A DNA stretch of 64,000 nt from Actinomycetota bacterium (lineage in GTDB: Bacteria; Actinomycetota; Thermoleophilia; UBA2241). Positions 20,203-29,333 of the stretch are shown here, one piece after another (position 1 is the stretch's first letter; the number at the start of each line of letters is the position of its first letter). The position numbers and the translations under genes are program-made. Location: contig JAAZAR010000029.1 in the NCBI GenBank assembly GCA_012514235.1, positions 39 to 64,038 of the forward strand, in the 5' to 3' direction. The notes beneath the pieces were generated by a model. That model did no database searches and had not been told where the DNA came from. It saw nothing but the letters and a program-made list of their open reading frames with translations.

Positions 20203-22823
20203 GCGCTCTCTCGCATCCGCGCCGCGGCCGTGAGCTCCTCGTCCCTGCCGCGCACGACGCCGTTGAGCTTGAGGTGGAGCACGCTCCGCAGGACTTCGCC
20301 CATCCGCGGGCCCGGCGCGAAGCCGAGGGCCCGCAGGTCGTGGCCGGTGATGTCCAGCCGCACGTGCCTCGTCACGTCGAGGAAGTGTGAGAGTCGGCTG
20401 GCGGCGATGCCCGTGTCGTCCAGCGTCATCGCCGCCAGCAGCGCCTCGGACGGCTCTCCGGCGGCGAGGTCGTAGAGCTCCGCCTCGCTGGGTCCGCGCG
20501 CGATCCGGTCCACGAGCCTCTTCCCGACCACGAGCGCGCGCTCGAGCACGCCCGCGTCCTGGGCGCGGATGCGCATTCGCGCGGCCCAGGCGGCGATCTC
20601 CTCAGGGTCGAGGTCGCGCAGCAGCCACATGAGCCGGAGACGCCAGCGCGGCGTCTCCCCGCCCAGGCCGTGCGCCGCGCGGAGCTCGTCGGCGCGGCGC
20701 ACGAGCTGACGCGTGCGCCGGTCGACGCGCAGGCGTCCGTGGATGGCGGGCCACACGCCGAGCTCCTCGGCTCTCCGCAGCGAGAAGTCGACCTTCTCCT
20801 CGTCCAGGAGGCTTACGAGCTCGTCGCGCAGGCGCGCCGACGAGAGGTCGCCCACGAGGTCCATGGCGCAGCAGGCGCGGGCGAGGTTCAGCGTGTGCGC
20901 ATCCATGCGCAGACCATACCGGTTCTCGTAGCGGATGGCGCGCAGGATGCGCGTGGGGTCCTCGATGAAGCTCAGGTTGTGGAGGACGACGATGCGGCGG
21001 GCCTCCAGGTCCTCCCGGCCGCCGAAGTAGTCGAACAGGTCGCCGAAGGTCTCGGGCTTGAGCGACACGGCCATGGCGTTGATCGTGAAGTCGCGGCGCG
21101 CGAGGTCGCTGCGGATGCTCGCGTGCTCCACCTTGGGGAGCGCACCCGGGTACTCGTAGGACTCGGCCCGGGTGGAGGCGACGTCCACGCGCAGCCTCTC
21201 CGGCCCGTCGCCGGCGACGACCACGGCCGTGCCGAACTTCCGGTGAGGGCGCACGTGCCCCTTGAGTCGCGTCGCGAGCTCGGCGGCGAAGGCGATGCCG
21301 TCGCCCTCCACGGCGAGGTCGACGTCGAACCCGGGCTCGCGCAGCAGGAGGTCGCGTACGGCGCCGCCGACGAGATAGCAGCCGCGCACGCCGGCGGCGA
21401 CCGCCTGGACGTGCCGGAAGAGCTCGGCCAGGCCCAGTTCGCCGAGTGGCCCGGCGAGGTTGGCGGTCACCGGCGCGGCGGGCTCACGGGGCGGCGCCCC
21501 CGAGACGGACCGGCGCGACACCACGCCGAGCAGGTCGTCCACTGCTACGCCCTCGTCGGCCACCTCCTGAGGGCGCCGGGTCGCGACGACCGGGAGCCAG
21601 CCGATCTCGTCCTGGGCGAGGCGGACGGCGGCGCGCTCGAGTGGGGTCGCCGACCAGAGCAACGGCACGCGCGTCGTCATCACGGCCTTGACGGGGGCGT
21701 GCCCCAGTCCGTGCGCGGAGGCGCGCTCCAGGTCGGTCAGGGCGACGCGGCCGATCAGCAGGCCGTCGCGCAGCACGCCCACGCCGCCGACCCCGTCCCG
21801 GCGGCAGAGCAGAGCGGCTTCGTCCACCTGCGTCGACTCGGGGACGGCCGGGGGACCCGGCTCGAGCACGTCCAGCGCCGCCCGGGTCGGCGCCACCGCC
21901 GCCGGCGCGGCGGCGGCGACGTCGGCGGCCACTTCGCCGAGCGGCCGGTCCTTGACCACGGCCGAGGCGGCGGCGGTGTGACCGCCGCCGCCCACGGCCC
22001 GGAGCGCCTCGGCTACGTCAAGCCGGCCGCCGCGGCTGCGGGCGGTGACGAACACGCGCCCTTCCATCTCGACGACGAGGAAGTAGGCGTCGCAGCCCGT
22101 GAGGTCCATCACCCGGTGCGCGACGACGCTCACGCCCTCGACGTACTGGTCCTCGCGGAGCGCCGAGAGCAGGACGGACGCCTCGGCGATCGGCAGTTCC
22201 TCCGCCGTCTGCAGCGCGGCGGCGAGCGTCACGCGCTGGGCCGGGGTGAGTGCGTTGGTGAGCCACTTCTCGAGCAGCTCAGTGTCGGCGCCGCAGCGCA
22301 TGCACCAGGCCAGCGCCTCGGCGTCGCGCGGTGTGGTGGTGGCGAAGGTGAGTGAGCCGGTGTCCTCGTGGATGCCGAGTGCGAAGACCGTCGCCTCGAA
22401 CGGCGTGACGGGGATGCCGCGCTCGGCGATGATCCGCACCAGCAGCGTGACGAGCGCGCCGTCGTTGGAGCTCACCAGGGCCGCCGGGTCGAGGTAGTCG
22501 GGCAGCTCGTCGGGCTGGGCGTGGTGGTCGAACGCGACAACCTGCACCCCGTCGCGGCCGCACAGGTCGCCGAGGTCGCCGAGCCGGTTGGCGTGCACGG
22601 TGTCCACGAGGATGAGCCGGCGGACGCTCTCGCGGTCCACGTCCGCCGGATCCACCACCGGGATCACGTCCGCGTACAGCGCCTGGAACTCGCGCACGTT
22701 GCGGTTCACCGCGCCGCCGAGGCTGACCTGCGCCTCGGGATAGAGCTTGTGCGCCGCGAGCATGGCCGCGAACGCATCGAAGTCGGTGTTGGTGTGCGTG
22801 GCGATGAGCTGAGGCGTACGCAT
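20199..22823 (-). CDS. multidomain DHH/DHHA1 - CBS pair - class II tRNA nucleotidyltransferase (CCA-adding / poly(A) polymerase family)
   Basis: 874 aa. N-terminal HTNTDFDAFAA and FDHH motifs. A central CBS-like pair. Then GGAVRDLLL, DVDLAV, RRDFTINAMA and EDPTRILRAIRY (class II nucleotidyltransferase head/neck). Confidence 0.85.
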   Translation of the reverse strand: MRTPQLIATHTNTDFDAFAAMLAAHKLYPEAQVSLGGAVNRNVREFQALYADVIPVVDPADVDRESVRRLILVDTVHANRLGDLGDLCGRDGVQVVAFDHHAQPDELPDYLDPAALVSSNDGALVTLLVRIIAERGIPVTPFEATVFALGIHEDTGSLTFATTTPRDAEALAWCMRCGADTELLEKWLTNALTPAQRVTLAAALQTAEELPIAEASVLLSALREDQYVEGVSVVAHRVMDLTGCDAYFLVVEMEGRVFVTARSRGGRLDVAEALRAVGGGGHTAAASAVVKDRPLGEVAADVAAAAPAAVAPTRAALDVLEPGPPAVPESTQVDEAALLCRRDGVGGVGVLRDGLLIGRVALTDLERASAHGLGHAPVKAVMTTRVPLLWSATPLERAAVRLAQDEIGWLPVVATRRPQEVADEGVAVDDLLGVVSRRSVSGAPPREPAAPVTANLAGPLGELGLAELFRHVQAVAAGVRGCYLVGGAVRDLLLREPGFDVDLAVEGDGIAFAAELATRLKGHVRPHRKFGTAVVVAGDGPERLRVDVASTRAESYEYPGALPKVEHASIRSDLARRDFTINAMAVSLKPETFGDLFDYFGGREDLEARRIVVLHNLSFIEDPTRILRAIRYENRYGLRMDAHTLNLARACCAMDLVGDLSSARLRDELVSLLDEEKVDFSLRRAEELGVWPAIHGRLRVDRRTRQLVRRADELRAAHGLGGETPRWRLRLMWLLRDLDPEEIAAWAARMRIRAQDAGVLERALVVGKRLVDRIARGPSEAELYDLAAGEPSEALLAAMTLDDTGIAASRLSHFLDVTRHVRLDITGHDLRALGFAPGPRMGEVLRSVLHLKLNGVVRGRDEELTAAARMRESA

Positions 22824-22861
22824 GTCCGAGAGTATACGCGGCGAGCCGTGCAGGCCGGCTC

Positions 22862-25024
22862 TCAGGCCTTGAGGAGCCAGCCGAGCTCGCCGCCGAAGGC
22901 GTCGCGCACGGCGGCGTCGAGCGGGCCGTGCACCGGGCTGCGCAGGCCGGGGTCGGCCTCGAGGATCCCGGCCGCCAGGGCGCGGGCGCGGAGCAGCGCC
23001 GCGCGGTCGCGCGCCAGGCGGGCGAGCTTGAGGTCCGGCACGCCCGCCTGGCGCGAGCCCATCACCTGTCCCTCGCCGCGGATCTCGAGGTCCTTGTCGG
23101 CGAGCTCGAAGCCGTCGGTGGTCTCCAGCAGCGCCTCGAGGCGCGCCCGGGCGGCGCCCGTTTCAGCGGCTGCGAAGAGCAGGCAGTACGACTTCTCGCT
23201 GCCTCGTCCCACGCGGCCCCGCAGCTGGTGCAGCTGCGCGAGGCCGAAGCGCTCGGCGCCCTCGACGATCATCACGGTCGCATTGGGCACGTCGATCCCC
23301 ACCTCGATGAGACTGGTGGCCACCAGTACGTCGAGCTCTCCGCTCTTGAACGCCCGCATGACCTCGTCCCGGTCCGCGGGCTTGAGCTGTCCGTGCACGA
23401 CGGCGACGCGCGCCTCGCGGAACGGCCCTGCCTGCAGTCGCTCTGCCTCAGCGACGGCCGTCGCCGCCTGGATGGACTCCGACTCGTCGATGGCAGGACA
23501 CACGACGTACACCTGCCGGCCCTTGGCGATCTGCTTGCGCACGAACTCGTACCCCGTCTCGCGCATCTCCTCGTCGACGAGTCGTGTGACCACCGGCTGC
23601 CTGCCCGACGGCACCCCGGCGATGGTGGTGACGTCGAGGTCGCCGAACACGGTGAGCGCGAGGGTGCGGGGGATCGGCGTGGCCGTCATGTGCAGCACAT
23701 GGGGCGCGAGGCCGTCGTGCTCCGCGCGGCGCACGAGGGCGTCGCGCTGCTCGACGCCGAAGCGGTGCTGCTCGTCGACGACGAGCAGCCCGAGCGCGGC
23801 GAACCGCACGTCTCCCGTCAAGAGTGCGTGCGTGCCGACGACGATGCGGGTCTCTCCGGAGGCGAGGCGCGCCAGCGCCTCGCGCCGCTCCCTCGCGGTG
23901 AGCGCTGCGGTCACGAGTTCGGCCGGCGCCAGCGGTCCGACCAGGCGCGCCACCGTCTCGGCGTGCTGCGCGGCGAGCGTCTCCGTGGGGGCGAGGAGCA
24001 CGCCCTGCAGACCGGCCTCCGCGGTGCGCAGCAAGCAGTACAGCGCGACCACGGTCTTGCCGGAGCCGACGTCGCCCTGCAGGAGCCGCCGCATGGGCAC
24101 GTCTCGCCGCAGATCGGCCTCGATCTCGTCGAGTGCGGCGAGCTGGTGGCTGGTGAGTTCGAACGGGAGGCCGTCGAGGAACGCCTGCGCGAGCGCGGCC
24201 GGCTCAGGCAGCGCCGGCGCCCGCACGCGCTGCTGCTGCTCCTGCTTGTGGAGGAGGAGCCCCACCTGCATGAGCAGCAGCTCCTCCAGGACGAGACGCT
24301 CGCGGGCCAGCCTCGCCTCCGCGAGCGTCCGCGGCAGGTGCACGGCAGTCACGGCGTCGGCGCGGCCGGGCAGGCGCTCGCGCGTCAGCAGCCCGGCCGG
24401 GAGCGGGTCCGGGAGCCGCCGCATGACCGGCGCGAGCTCGTGCACCAGCGCCCGCAGCAGCTTGGCGGAGACCTGCTCGCTCGCCGGATAGACGGGGACG
24501 ACGCCCTCGGTGTGGACTCCCTCCCCGTCCTCCTCGCCGAGGATCTCGTGGCCCTTGACGACGAACTGCTGCCGGCCGCTCTGCGGCCGGAAGGTGCCGC
24601 GGAGGCTCAGCCGCATCCCCTCGTCCAGCACCCGCGTCAGGTACTTCTGGTTGAACCAGACCGCCTCGACGGCGCCGGTGTCATCGCGCACGAGGACCTT
24701 GACGATGTCCACTCTCCTGCGCGCGGTGCGCTCCGCCCGCACGCGTACGACCTCCCCTCGGATGGTCGCCTCCTCCCCCAGCTTGAGATCGCGGATCGCC
24801 TTGCGGTCGCGGAAGTCCTCGTAGCGGCGCGGGAAGTGCTCGATGAGGTCACCGACAGTCGTGAGGCCGAAGGCGGTGAGCCGGCGTGCCACACGGGGCG
24901 TGACGCGCTCGAGATCCGCGAGGGGGCGCGAGAGCGTGGCCGGGTCGAACGAGAGGCGGGTGACCGGCGGCCGTCGATCGTACCGACCGCCGCCGAAACG
25001 GAGCGGAAGTTGCTGCCCGGTCAC
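22862..25024 (-). CDS. recG: ATP-dependent DNA helicase RecG
   Basis: 720 aa with a wedge/OB N-terminus, Walker A GDVGSGKT, DEQHRFG, and TATPIPRT motifs. Confidence 0.95.
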   Translation of the reverse strand: MTGQQLPLRFGGGRYDRRPPVTRLSFDPATLSRPLADLERVTPRVARRLTAFGLTTVGDLIEHFPRRYEDFRDRKAIRDLKLGEEATIRGEVVRVRAERTARRRVDIVKVLVRDDTGAVEAVWFNQKYLTRVLDEGMRLSLRGTFRPQSGRQQFVVKGHEILGEEDGEGVHTEGVVPVYPASEQVSAKLLRALVHELAPVMRRLPDPLPAGLLTRERLPGRADAVTAVHLPRTLAEARLARERLVLEELLLMQVGLLLHKQEQQQRVRAPALPEPAALAQAFLDGLPFELTSHQLAALDEIEADLRRDVPMRRLLQGDVGSGKTVVALYCLLRTAEAGLQGVLLAPTETLAAQHAETVARLVGPLAPAELVTAALTARERREALARLASGETRIVVGTHALLTGDVRFAALGLLVVDEQHRFGVEQRDALVRRAEHDGLAPHVLHMTATPIPRTLALTVFGDLDVTTIAGVPSGRQPVVTRLVDEEMRETGYEFVRKQIAKGRQVYVVCPAIDESESIQAATAVAEAERLQAGPFREARVAVVHGQLKPADRDEVMRAFKSGELDVLVATSLIEVGIDVPNATVMIVEGAERFGLAQLHQLRGRVGRGSEKSYCLLFAAAETGAARARLEALLETTDGFELADKDLEIRGEGQVMGSRQAGVPDLKLARLARDRAALLRARALAAGILEADPGLRSPVHGPLDAAVRDAFGGELGWLLKA

Positions 25025-25887
25025 TCCACGATCATAGCAAAGGCCGAGGTGCCGGGGCCGATGTGGGTGCCCACGACGGCGGCCACGTGACCCTGGAACA
25101 CCCAGTGGGCGTTGGGCCGGATGCGCTCGATGAGCTCCCGGATGAGCGGCGGCTCCTCTTCGTTGATCGCGTCGATGGTGCAGAACCAGATCTCGTCGTC
25201 CGGCTTGCTGTGCTCGTCGATGAAGCGCTCCATCGCCGCCAGGGCCTTCTTGAGACCGCGGACCTTGGCGTACCCGGTGAGCACGCCGTCCTCGGCGCAG
25301 ATGAGCGGCTTGATGTCGAACACGCCGCCGACCAGCGACGCGGCCCTGCCGATGCGGCCGCCGCGCCGCAGGTACTCGAGAGTCGCGGCGTGGATGAGCA
25401 ATCGGCCGTTGTCCCGATAGTGGCGGACGTAGGCGTGCGCCTCCTCCAGCGTGCAGCCTTTCTCCAGACGGGCACGCAGACGCTCGGCGCCCAGCGCGAG
25501 GGCGGCGGTGACGGTGCGCAGGTCGTAGACGTAGACGTTGCCGACCTGCTCCGCGGCCTGCTCGGCCGCCCGGACCGTGCCGCTCATCTCGCCCGAGATG
25601 TGCAGCGAGAAGACGTGGTCGTACTTCGCGCGCGCCTCCTCGTACACGGCCAGGAACTCGCCGACGGTGGGCTGCGAGGTAGTCGGCAGGATGTCCGTCT
25701 CCGCGAGCTTGGCGAAGAACTCCCTGTAGGTCATGTCGACGCCGTCGCGGAACATCTGGTCGCCGAAGTGGACCTTGAGCGGGACCATGTAGAGGCCCGG
25801 CTGGTCGAGCCAGCCGTCGGGCGGATCGCAGGTGGAGTCGAGGACGACGGCGGTGTTCTCGAGCGTGAGGAGCTCTGCTGTGCTCAT
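25021..25887 (-). CDS. DegV-family fatty-acid-binding protein
   Basis: MSTAELLTLENTAVVLDSTCD...TSQPTVGEF... is typical DegV. ATG 25887 has GGAGG 10 nt upstream. In-frame upstream ATGs exist inside a tandem repeat. Confidence 0.85.
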   Translation of the reverse strand: MSTAELLTLENTAVVLDSTCDPPDGWLDQPGLYMVPLKVHFGDQMFRDGVDMTYREFFAKLAETDILPTTSQPTVGEFLAVYEEARAKYDHVFSLHISGEMSGTVRAAEQAAEQVGNVYVYDLRTVTAALALGAERLRARLEKGCTLEEAHAYVRHYRDNGRLLIHAATLEYLRRGGRIGRAASLVGGVFDIKPLICAEDGVLTGYAKVRGLKKALAAMERFIDEHSKPDDEIWFCTIDAINEEEPPLIRELIERIRPNAHWVFQGHVAAVVGTHIGPGTSAFAMIVE

Positions 25888-25990
25888 GACGTGCGCACCT
25901 CCGGAGCGCCCCACCATGACGTGCCTGCGGCGGTCAGTGTCGGGAAGCCCTCCGGCGTGCCCGACGATGACATGCCTGCGGTGGTCATTC
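25885..25990. repeat. imperfect tandem duplication (51-nt period) spanning the degV initiation region
   Basis: 33-nt units at 25948-25980 and 25897-25929 share about 27/33 identical positions. The CA(C/T)GTCAT(G/C) core occurs three times on the minus strand. Confidence 0.6.
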
Positions 25991-27646
25991 GGCACTCGCT
26001 AGGATCGGGTAGAGCGGCTGACCGCCCTCGTGGAAGCTGACTTCGGCGTCCGGCGCCGTCGTGGCGGCGATGGCCTCGAGCTGCTCGCGCGTGGTGCCCG
26101 AGGAGCCGTTGAGCGCCGTGAGCACGGTGACGTACTCGGCGCCGCCGCGGGCGAACTCCTCCAGGACGCCGCCGAACGCGCCCTCGATGTCGTCGGCGGC
26201 GGCCACCAGCCTGCCGTCGACGATGCCCATGGCCTGGCCCTTCTTGACCTCGAGACCGTCCAGCTCCGAGTCCCGCACGGCGTGCGTGACCTCGGCGTAG
26301 CGGACGTCGGCGATGGCGTCCTGCATGGCCCGGGCGTTGCCGACGGCGTCCTCGCCCGGGTCGTAGGCCACCATCGCCGCGAGGCCGCTCGGGATGGACC
26401 GCGACGGGACCACGGCGATGTGCAGCGGGCTCATGCCCGCGGCCTGCTCGGCGGTGAGGATGACGTTGCCGTTGTTGGGCAGGATGACGACCTCCTCGGC
26501 GCCGAGCGCCTCAACCGCCTCCAGCAACTGGGCCGCGCTCGGGTTCATCGATTGGCCGCCGTCGACGATGGCGTGGCAGCCGAGGTCGCGGAAGAGCTTC
26601 CGGTTGCCGTCCCCGGCGACGACGGCGACCACCACGCAGCCGCCCTCACCGAGCGCGGGCATCGGCGGCCCGGACGAAAGCCGCTCGTCGCGTTCCCTGG
26701 TCTGGGCGTGCATGTCGTTGATCTCGACGTCGCTGATGGCTCCGTGCTTGAGCGCCTCGCTGAGCACGACCCCCGGGTCGTTCACGTGCACGTGCACCTT
26801 GACGGTGCGCTCGTCGCCGACCACCAGGGCGCTCTCGCCGATGGGCAGGAGGAACGCCTCGAACCCCTCCCGGTCGATGCGCTCGCCGCTGATGAGGAAG
26901 CTCGTGCAGTACCGGAACTCGGAGAGCTCGCTCGGCTCCTCGACGACCACCCGGCGCTCGGGCGGCTGGAGGCGCGTCTTGACCGCCGCGCCGAAGCCGC
27001 GGGTCGCGAGGCGGGCGCCGGCGGCGATCTTGCCGCCGCGCATGAGGTCCTCGATGCCGGCGGCGAGGCCGCGGAAGAGGACGAGGAGTCCGTACCCGCC
27101 GGCGTCCACGACGCCGGCTTTCTGCAGGGCCGGCAGCTGCGAGGTCGTGTTCTCGACCGCGACCCTGCCGGCCTCCTCCACGGCGGCGAGCAGGTGCTCG
27201 AGGCCGAGTCCGTCCGGCACGGCCTGCGCCGCCGTCGCCATCTCCCGGATGACGGTGAGCATGGTGCCCTCGACCGGCGTCTTGACCGCCCGGTAGGCGG
27301 CGTGCTGCCCTTCGAGCACGGCACGCTTGAACACGGCGGTGTCCAGCGAGTTGGCCTGACCCCACACTTCGCAGATGCCGCGCACGATCTGGGAGAGGAT
27401 GACGCCGGAGTTGCCACGCGCGCCCATGAGCGAGCCCTTCGTGACGGCGGCCGCCACCGACGGGATGTCGCTGACCTCGCTCTGCTCGAGCTCCTCGACC
27501 ACGGCGCGCGCGGTGAGCGCCAGGTTCGTCCCCGTGTCGCCGTCCGGCACCGGGTACACGTTGAGGTCGTTGATGAACTGACGCTCTTTCTCGACGGCGG
27601 TGAGCGCGGACTGGATGACGCTGACGGCGGCGGTCCGGACGATCAA
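25985..27646 (-). CDS. DAK2-domain fusion protein YloV
   Basis: 553 aa with LNVYPVPDGDTGTNL (Dak2 phosphatase-like motif) and a C-terminal DegV-like/YloV domain. Lies in asp23-yloV-degV-recG synteny. Confidence 0.9.
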   Translation of the reverse strand: MIVRTAAVSVIQSALTAVEKERQFINDLNVYPVPDGDTGTNLALTARAVVEELEQSEVSDIPSVAAAVTKGSLMGARGNSGVILSQIVRGICEVWGQANSLDTAVFKRAVLEGQHAAYRAVKTPVEGTMLTVIREMATAAQAVPDGLGLEHLLAAVEEAGRVAVENTTSQLPALQKAGVVDAGGYGLLVLFRGLAAGIEDLMRGGKIAAGARLATRGFGAAVKTRLQPPERRVVVEEPSELSEFRYCTSFLISGERIDREGFEAFLLPIGESALVVGDERTVKVHVHVNDPGVVLSEALKHGAISDVEINDMHAQTRERDERLSSGPPMPALGEGGCVVVAVVAGDGNRKLFRDLGCHAIVDGGQSMNPSAAQLLEAVEALGAEEVVILPNNGNVILTAEQAAGMSPLHIAVVPSRSIPSGLAAMVAYDPGEDAVGNARAMQDAIADVRYAEVTHAVRDSELDGLEVKKGQAMGIVDGRLVAAADDIEGAFGGVLEEFARGGAEYVTVLTALNGSSGTTREQLEAIAATTAPDAEVSFHEGGQPLYPILASAE

Positions 27647-28008
27647 TCCTGCAGGTCCTCGACGCGAACGTTGACTTCTCCGACCGGGACCCCGGCCACG
27701 CCCTCCACCTGGTAGCGGACCTGCTCACGCAGGTTGGCGGTGACCTGGGCGATGTTGACGCCGCGCTCCATGACGACGTGCAGCCCGATGTCGACGCTCT
27801 CCTGGCCCACCGAGAGCTCGACGCCTTCGGTGACGGAGCCGCGGAAGTAGCGGGCGAGCTTCTTGACGGCCGACTCCTGCATGCCGACCACGCCGTAGGT
27901 GGTGCGGGCGGCCTGGCCGGCCAGCTTGGCGATCACCTGATGGGCGACCGTGACGCCCCCGCTCAGGCCGGCGTCCCTGAACGGGATCCTGAGGTCCGTC
28001 TGCGACAC
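27643..28008 (-). CDS. Asp23/Gls24-family envelope stress protein
   Basis: 121 aa with VIAKLAGQAARTTYGVVGM...VNVRVEDL, typical of Asp23 (YloU position). Confidence 0.85.
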   Translation of the reverse strand: MSQTDLRIPFRDAGLSGGVTVAHQVIAKLAGQAARTTYGVVGMQESAVKKLARYFRGSVTEGVELSVGQESVDIGLHVVMERGVNIAQVTANLREQVRYQVEGVAGVPVGEVNVRVEDLQD

Positions 28009-28017
28009 GCCCGCTCC

Positions 28018-28221
28018 TCAGTCCCCGGCGCCGGGCAACCGGTTGAGCTCGGAGACCACGGCGTCCGGGTCGACCTGGTGCAGGATGGCTCCCGCCTCGA
28101 TGGTCTCGGACTGGGCGCCGATGCAGAGACAGCAGGCCATCCCGTGGCTCTCGAAGACGTCACGAGCCCCCGGATCGGCCTCGAGCGCCTCGAAGATGGA
28201 CATGTCCTTGGTGAACCGCAT
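28018..28221 (-). CDS. DUF1858 (hybrid-cluster-associated redox disulfide) small protein
   Basis: 67 aa: [53 protein letters not shown]. Confidence 0.7.
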   Translation of the reverse strand: MRFTKDMSIFEALEADPGARDVFESHGMACCLCIGAQSETIEAGAILHQVDPDAVVSELNRLPGAGD

Positions 28222-28275
28222 CTCTCTGCCTCACGGACGACGTGCAAGACCGGTGGTCCCTGGCGGTCCCCCCGT

Positions 28276-28306
28276 TTGCGTTCCCAGACCGGGTGAAGGA
28301 TACTAG
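28276..28306 (+). promoter_or_regulatory. putative rpmB promoter
   Basis: TTGCGT (28276-28281), an 18-19 nt spacer, then ATACTAG. A GAGGA SD lies upstream of ATG 28341. Confidence 0.35.
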
Positions 28307-28340
28307 CGCGACTGTCCAGCAAGCAAGCCGAGGAACACCC

Positions 28341-28532
28341 ATGTCCAAGATCTGCGTGAGCTGCGGCAAGGCCCCCGCAATCGGGAACAACCGGAGTCAC
28401 TCCAACCGCGCCACCAAGCGCCGCTTCGATCCCAACCTGCAGCGCGTCCGTATCGTGGTGGACGGCTCCCCGCAGAACGCCTACGTCTGCGCCCGCTGCC
28501 TCAAGTCGGGCCGCGTCACCAAAGCTATCTAG
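28341..28532 (+). CDS. rpmB: 50S ribosomal protein L28
   Basis: [38 protein letters not shown]...[14 protein letters not shown]. It is divergent from asp23-yloV, as in Firmicutes. Confidence 0.93.
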   Translation: MSKICVSCGKAPAIGNNRSHSNRATKRRFDPNLQRVRIVVDGSPQNAYVCARCLKSGRVTKAI

Positions 28533-28605
28533 CCGGCGCCCCGGACAGCGGCCGCAGCGGCGGCCGGCTGTGCCGGAGACCGGACGCCGCGCCGCACTTC
28601 CCTGA

Positions 28606-28629
28606 GCCCCGCCGTTGGCGGGGCTTTTC
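28606..28629 (+). terminator. intrinsic terminator of rpmB
   Basis: GCCCCGCC-GTT-GGCGGGGC followed by TTTT. Confidence 0.7.
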
Positions 28630-28655
28630 GCGTTGGTGGGCGGTGCGGCCTTGAT

Positions 28656-28697
28656 GCGCTGCGCCGCCTGCGGCTACAGCCGCAGGCGGCGCAGCGC
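28656..28697. repeat. 42-nt perfect palindrome in the rpmB/ribH convergent gap
   Basis: GCGCTGCGCCGCCTGCGGCT-AC-AGCCGCAGGCGGCGCAGCGC. No U-tract follows on either strand. Confidence 0.6.
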
Positions 28698-28849
28698 GTA
28701 CCGCAGCAACAGCGGCAGCAGGGCCAGCGCCGCCCAGACGATCACACGTCGTTGCACGACTCTCACCTGTCTCGGGTCGGACTCTCTCTGAGTCTTCCCC
28801 CGGGTGACCCGGTGCCGCGACGGCCGTCAGGCGGCTCGTGGCGCGAGGG

Positions 28850-29314
28850 TCAGGGCAGCGCTCGCGAGAGATTGGCCATCTCGAGCGCCGTCGCGGCCGC
28901 CGACCAGCCCTTGTTGCCCGCCTTGGTGCCGGCCCGCTCCACCGCCTGCTCGATGGTGTCGGTGGTCAGGACGCCGAAGACGACCGGCACGCCCGTGTCG
29001 AGGCTGATCTTGGCGATCCCCTTGGCGGCCTCGCCGGCGACGTAGTCGAAGTGCGGCGTGCCGCCGCGGATCACGGCGCCCAGGCAGATCACGGCGTCGT
29101 ACTTGCTGCTCTCGGCCAGCCTCTTGGCCACCAGCGGCAGCTCGAAGGCGCCGGGCACCCAGGCGACGTCGACGTCGCCCTCGTCCACGTCGTGGCGCTT
29201 GAGGCAGTCCAGGGCGCCCTCGCACAGTCGGCCCGAGATGAGCTCGTTGAAGCGGCCCACCACGAGGGCGAACCTGAGTCCTTTGCCGTTGAGCTTGCCT
29301 TCGTAAGTCGTCAT
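28850..29314 (-). CDS. ribH: 6,7-dimethyl-8-ribityllumazine synthase
   Basis: 154 aa with [18 protein letters not shown] and [14 protein letters not shown]. Confidence 0.95.
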   Translation of the reverse strand: MTTYEGKLNGKGLRFALVVGRFNELISGRLCEGALDCLKRHDVDEGDVDVAWVPGAFELPLVAKRLAESSKYDAVICLGAVIRGGTPHFDYVAGEAAKGIAKISLDTGVPVVFGVLTTDTIEQAVERAGTKAGNKGWSAAATALEMANLSRALP

Positions 29315-29333
29315 CGTGTTCGGCTCCTTCTGG

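Noticed and set aside
22928-25090. 720-aa plus-strand ORF exactly antisense to recG. The same kind of ORF occurs elsewhere: 49891..52566 (891 aa), 12234..14765 (843 aa), 46638..48908 (756 aa), 22368..24491 (707 aa), 6973..9030 (685 aa).
   Set aside because: Each starts in the antisense frame whose first codon position pairs with the sense third position. I checked this arithmetically for recG and for scpB/scpA/ftsZ. With GC3 near 100%, that frame almost never begins a codon with T, so stop codons are absent by composition. The translations are Arg/Gly/Ala/Asp-rich low-complexity sequence with no motifs.
28752-29045. Plus-strand ORFs (97 aa and 67 aa) in and beyond the rpmB-ribH gap.
   Set aside because: They run antisense into ribH, lack an RBS, and are Arg/Pro/Ser-rich. 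They are compositional artefacts.
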